In this document: positions 59,506-64,000 of the stretch, in pieces
Layout: each line of letters starts with the position of its first letter
Position numbering within the stretch: position 1 is the stretch's first letter
The notes under the pieces: model-generated
What the model saw: only the letters and a program-made list of their open reading frames with translations
Databases searched by the model: none
What the model was told of the DNA's origin: nothing
Position numbers and translations under genes: made by a program
Assembly (NCBI GenBank): GCA_965197905.1
Contig: CBDAOB010000004.1
Location: forward strand, 448,001-512,000
Reading direction: 5' to 3'
DNA length: 64,000 bases
Origin: Candidatus Latescibacterota bacterium
GTDB taxonomy: Bacteria; Latescibacterota; UBA2968; UBA8231

Positions 59506-60243
59506 CTACTGCATGACTTGCGGGTGCGCCTCCGCGGACGGTGGGGCCATGACGCGCTTCTGCTGTTCGGTCAATTCGCCGTAGAGCTCGAGATCGTAGA
59601 AGCTCTTCATCCAGGTGGAATGGCCGGGGCTGTACTTGTAGAGCAGAGTGCGGCGCTGGTGCCGGGCGCGCCAGGACATGGTGCCGTGAACGAGGGCTTC
59701 GGTGAAGATCAAGGCGTCTCCGGTCTTGGCTGGTGGCTGTCTCACGTAGTGGGCCGGACGTTCGAATCTGCGGACCTCTGCCGGGATGTACGCCATGAAG
59801 TTGGACTTGTGGCTGCCCGGTATGCAGGCGAAGCCGCCGTCTCCCTGGTTGGCGTCGGTCAGGAAGAAGGTGACGACGGTGAGCCCGTTGCGCATGACGC
59901 CATCGCGATAGCTATACCAGTGCGTGCCGCCCAGACCTGGTCCGCCGTGGAGGCCGCCGCGCTCATCCCCTTCATTCATTATGATGGCATAGTCGTGATC
60001 GATCCGGAAGGTGGGGCCGATCATCTCGACGAGGTAGGGTACGATGCGGGGGTGGTCGATGAGGTTTTTCGTGGCCTCGCCCCATTGACTGATCGTGTTG
60101 AAATCGTTGGAGGGGTCGTTGTCCCAGCCGTCGGCATGCTGGTCGACGAGGGCATTGAGCTTTTCCAATTCCCCCTTATTCAACACGTTCTCGATGACCA
60201 GATAACCTTCGAGGTCGAACTGGAACTTTTCGGCGTCTGTCAT
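59506..60243 (-). CDS. PhyH family Fe(II)/2OG oxygenase
   Basis: FDLEGYLV, LHGG, PGSHK and FTEALVHGT...R motifs. Confidence 0.85.
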   Translation of the reverse strand: MTDAEKFQFDLEGYLVIENVLNKGELEKLNALVDQHADGWDNDPSNDFNTISQWGEATKNLIDHPRIVPYLVEMIGPTFRIDHDYAIIMNEGDERGGLHGGPGLGGTHWYSYRDGVMRNGLTVVTFFLTDANQGDGGFACIPGSHKSNFMAYIPAEVRRFERPAHYVRQPPAKTGDALIFTEALVHGTMSWRARHQRRTLLYKYSPGHSTWMKSFYDLELYGELTEQQKRVMAPPSAEAHPQVMQ

Positions 60244-60457
60244 GGTAACGCTCCTGTGGAATTCGGCGAATTCGCGCGGAAAATTACCCTGGCCGTTTGA
60301 GAGTGTCAAGCAAGTGAGGGAGGCGCCCGAGCGCGGCGCCTGCGTTTCTATTGGAGGCAACAGGGAATGAAAATCACCGACGTAAGGTCCTTTCCAGCGC
60401 CGGGGCCTCGGCGAAGAAGACGATCGCTCGGGTCCAGCCGCTGAGGGAGATCGGACA

Positions 60458-60640
60458 ATGAGCAAGGACATCTGTTACGCCGACGCCACCGAGCTGGCCG
60501 AAGGGATTCGCACCAGAACCCTTTCCCCGATGGAGGTGCCGCGCGCCCACCTGGATCGCATCGAAGCCGTTAATCCAAAGATCAACGCCTTGGTCACTCT
60601 GGCCGACGATGCCCTGGAGCAGGCGCAAGAGGCAGGCGCA
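60458..60640 (+). pseudogene. Amidase N-terminal fragment
   Basis: DATELA..IR...LSP.EV...HLDRIEAVNPKINA, then homology ends abruptly. Confidence 0.75.
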
Positions 60641-60920
60641 CTGTTTACATCGCCACTGTGGACCAGCACGAGTGCTTTGTGTTTTGCGGCTCTAAAAGTA
60701 AAGCAATGGATACCTATCTCTAATCGGTGAATGTGAACATGGAGATCGTGATAATTCGGAAGAACAAGGCCGTTCTTGATGCAGAAATATGTCCGTGGAG
60801 CAAAGTGGACGGCCATTCCTTATTATCAAACAGAGTCGAGTTCAATCTAAACCCCAACTGATTTTGATATGGGGAATACCCGCTAAATTACCTGCACGGC
60901 GTTGACCGAGGTTGGAGATC

Positions 60921-61961
60921 ATGAAAACGCATCCTGAATTCGTCGATGTGGTGCCCGGTGACCAGACCAACATGCGCACCGGAGAGGCCGATATCGTCCA
61001 GAGCCAGGATGGCAGCCTGTTCATGGCCTACACCCACTTCCGTTCGTGGGAGGACGATGCGGCAGCCGAGATCCTCAGTCGCCGTTCCACCGACGGGGGT
61101 CGTTCGTGGAGCGAACCGCAGGTAGTCGTGGAAAACGAGGGTCGCAAGAACGTGGCGTCAGTCAGCATGCTGCAACTCAGGCCGGATCGTCTCTTCCTGT
61201 TTTATCAGCGTCAGCATTCGGAGCAGTCTTGCATAATCTGCTCCCGTCTTTCAACGGACGAGGGAAAGACCTTTGGTCCGGCGACGTTTCTGACCTCGGA
61301 AGACCGCTACTACTGTTTGTGCAACGACAGCGCCTTGCGACTTTCCGGTGGGCGTTTCGTTCTGCCCTATACCCTGAAAGTCGAACCCCCCGGTACGCCA
61401 ACAAGGTTAGAGGCCGGTTGCCTCTATTCGGATGACAACGGAGCATCGTGGCATTCGAGCAACACGGTGTTCGCACCCGAATCCGGAGCGATGGAGCCCA
61501 AGGTCGTCGAGCTCAAGGATGGTCGATTGTGGATGTTGCTGCGCACGGACCAGGGCACGCTTTACCAGGCGTATTCGGAAAATGGCGGCGAGCGTTGGAG
61601 CGAAACGGAATCTTCGGGCATCGCGGCGCCGCAGGCACCGTTTGTATTGCAGCGGATTCCGACAACGGGCGATATCATCCTCATTCGCAATCCGACCGTC
61701 GACCTGGAGCACCATCACCAGGGAATGCGCAACCCCCTCACCTGCACGATATCCACGGATGAAGGGAAGAACTGGCATTATTCGAAGGAACTGGAATCTG
61801 ACCGTTCCCTGGCTTACTGTTACGCCAGTTTAAGTTTGTTCGACGAAACCGCTGTTCTAAGCTATTACGTCGTACTCTTGGACAGACCGGCGGGGGACTC
61901 CACGGTGGGAGTCCATACCCTCCGGGTAACCCACGTGCCCGTGGACTGGTTTTATCACTGA
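60921..61961 (+). CDS. Sialidase-like BNR-repeat protein
   Basis: Asp boxes STDGGRSW, STDEGKTF, SDDNGASW, SENGGERW and STDEGKNW. Confidence 0.85.
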   Translation: MKTHPEFVDVVPGDQTNMRTGEADIVQSQDGSLFMAYTHFRSWEDDAAAEILSRRSTDGGRSWSEPQVVVENEGRKNVASVSMLQLRPDRLFLFYQRQHSEQSCIICSRLSTDEGKTFGPATFLTSEDRYYCLCNDSALRLSGGRFVLPYTLKVEPPGTPTRLEAGCLYSDDNGASWHSSNTVFAPESGAMEPKVVELKDGRLWMLLRTDQGTLYQAYSENGGERWSETESSGIAAPQAPFVLQRIPTTGDIILIRNPTVDLEHHHQGMRNPLTCTISTDEGKNWHYSKELESDRSLAYCYASLSLFDETAVLSYYVVLLDRPAGDSTVGVHTLRVTHVPVDWFYH

Positions 61962-62069
61962 AGCGGCGTCTGCCGGCCTCAAGCCTTCTGGCGACTTCGT
62001 CTCTATCCACGATCGCGCACCTGGGCAAAGGCGCGGGCGATGCGCCATAACATGGGCTTCTAACCGAAG

Positions 62070-62651
62070 AGATGTACGAATCTGGCTCCGACTCTGACCC
62101 CCTACGTCGAAGCCTTTCTCGGCACAGAGCTGCGTCTGGGGTACGTGCACCTGCGGAACGCGGCTGGCAGCTACGATACCGGCTGGCACCGCGACGTGGG
62201 TGACAGCCGCCGCGACCTGCCGTACGAAGAAGAGATGAACCTGCTGAACGGGCCGATGACGGCGTTGCGCTGGCAGCTGGCCCTGATCGACCCCTGCTTG
62301 TGGCTCGTTCCGCACAGTCAGCGGCGCTACCGCACCGACGAGGAACGGGAAGCCCTCGTAGTCGACAGGCATATGGATATCGCCGGAATGGAGAACTTGA
62401 TGCTCAAGAGGGGGCAGACGCTGTTCTGGGATGGGAACACCATTCACCGGGGCATTCTGCCGCCGGCATTGAACGAGCGGCTGGTCCTGGCAGGCGGGCT
62501 GTGCAAATACCAGCGGGACGAGCCGCTGATGGATCTGGACGAGAGGTTCCGCTGGCGCATGGCCGACAACATCGGACTCGCCCTGCCCGACAAGGTGCGG
62601 CTCTGGTGGGAGCGCTGGCTGTCACTGCAGAAGGTCTCGGGGCCATGTTGA
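62070..62651 (+). pseudogene. PhyH family oxygenase, 5' truncated
   Basis: GWHRD, LWLVPHS and TIHRG motifs. No intact N-terminus. Confidence 0.65.
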
Positions 62652-62729
62652 GGATCTTGCATCCGAGATCATTGATCGCTGGAGCGAATGCGGACCTCGA
62701 TCAAAACAGGCGCTCCGCAGACGACAGAC

Positions 62730-62769
62730 AGCCCTCGGTTAACTCAGGTTAGCCGGGGGCTTTTTCTTT
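62730..62769 (+). terminator. Intrinsic terminator
   Basis: AGCCCTCGGTTAAC-TCAG-GTTAGCCGGGGGCT followed by a T tract. Confidence 0.75.
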
Positions 62770-62819
62770 GCCATGGTTACAGCCGAAGTATCTGCATGTG
62801 TGTCGCTACAGATCTTACT

Positions 62820-63909
62820 TTATCCAGCCACATTCACCTGCTGCTCAGCAATATTGATCTGGACATTCACGCCCAGCAGCTTGCGCACCTGCGCCAGAGT
62901 CTTGCACGCCGACAGAAACCGTCGGTGGCACCGTTCCTGCCATTTCTGATAGAACGCGTGTTTATCAATAAGTGCGAGTTGGAACTCTAGTTTGTCGAGG
63001 CACAGACCTACGCAGATCTCTACCCAGATTGCCATCAGCCTCTAACGCCTTCGGGGCTTCGGCGAAAACTACGCTCAAACGCATTGAGAGCGTCTTATCG
63101 CCCTTCTTGGCCTTGTCGTAAAGCTTCCGCACTTTCCGATGTTCGGCCTTGGTGAGCTCGTGTATCGACTTCTGAAGGCTGTTCTCACCCACGCCGTTTC
63201 CTCCATTCCCCTCGGTGATTGAAGAAGCCCGCACCTTCCAGTACCCGGGCTACCGCGGTCTTGCAAACAGCTTCGTGGTCCCTCATTTCACGCTCCATAG
63301 CCGCAATCTCTGCCTTCTCCTGCCTCCACGCCCTGCGCTCTTCCTCGCGCTGCTGACGCGCCTCAGCATCGAACCGACGCCTCCTGGCCCCGTATTCCAC
63401 CACCGATATACTCACGGATCTGGTGGCCATTTACACGGCGGGTACGGGTATAGTAGGGCCCACCGCGTTCCCTCATTTCCCAGGACATTGGCGGTCAACC
63501 CAGGCTCTGTTGTGTAGCTGTGTGGGTAGCTCCCAAGCTTTCGTCCCGATGCAGAGCAGCTCCTTTTTCGCGCTCTCCGCCCCCGCCAGAACCGGGGCAG
63601 CGGTAGCACTCCGCCTACCCCAGTGCCAGGGCCGGACAGTTTAGGGCCGGTCAGTTTCGTTTCAGCCACGGTGTATGAGCATGTCGGATTGGTTTTCCGA
63701 GGTTATCGCAATCCGCAAGGAAATGATGGAGATCTTGGTGTGCTTCCGGCCAGCACCGTGGAACATCCGGGTACCAGACGGTCCTTCCAGGCCGATCACC
63801 TCTTCCCTACCGGAGTTCCCATAGAGGTATCCTCCTTAGGTGTTGGGATGAGTCTAACTTCGACGGAGCCCCTCGAAACTGAGGAAATTTCCATCTTCGG
63901 GTGGTTTTG
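62820..63909 (-). mobile_element. Remnant of small phage-like element, copy 2 (three broken genes)
   Basis: Shares both end segments with 57523-58256. Frameshifted YYTRTRRVNG...EYIG...HRGEWRKRR gene (63185-63488) and a KAKKGD...LAQVRK gene (62820-63192). Confidence 0.7.
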
Positions 63910-64000
63910 TGTCCCAACTCTACCTGGGGGTTGAACGATCTGATTCCCCAGTTCGGTGTTTAATGTGGACGGCACGCTATCAAGAGGGGAACGGTGGACT

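Noticed and set aside
58411..60300. 629-aa plus-strand ORF
   Set aside because: Antisense shadow of the PIG-L and PhyH genes, with no motifs. Such shadows are typical of GC-rich DNA, and the same applies to most short overlapping ORFs in the track.
1..64000. CRISPR array or cas genes
   Set aside because: No regularly spaced 25-45 bp repeats and no Cas motifs were seen.

Overview
GC-rich bacterial chromosome segment. Gene content suggests a marine FCB-group organism such as Ca. Latescibacterota; this is inference from the dockerin-like secreted proteins and the expansion of PhyH, sialidase, GH78 and sulfatase genes. The housekeeping backbone is rho-rpmE-prfA-prmC-recA, hpt, dnaG, tRNA-Ile2(CAT), clpB, tRNA-Val(CAC), a zinc-ribbon gene, rnpB, pyrF and tRNA-Pro(TGG), and it is interrupted by several accessory insertions. 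Main observations: (1) a peroxiredoxin-like selenoprotein split by the ORF caller (in-frame TGA in U-x-x-C plus a SECIS-like hairpin), directly upstream of a LarA-family gene; (2) three paralogous acidic secreted FN3/dockerin-like proteins, one with a CHRD domain inserted into an ASH-like domain; (3) a tyrosine-integrase island on the 5' side of tRNA-Ile2 carrying an orphan integron cassette with a canonical attC; (4) an integrase-less ~4.6 kb islet at tRNA-Val; (5) a tRNA-Glu att scar behind tRNA-Pro; (6) two diverged remnants of one small phage-like element bracketing metabolic genes; (7) a candidate recA operator and a candidate sigma54 promoter with upstream palindromes for clpB. Several accessory genes carry single nonsense or frameshift lesions while core genes are intact. 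No CRISPR array or rRNA was seen. All family assignments are by motif recognition only; no database search was run.
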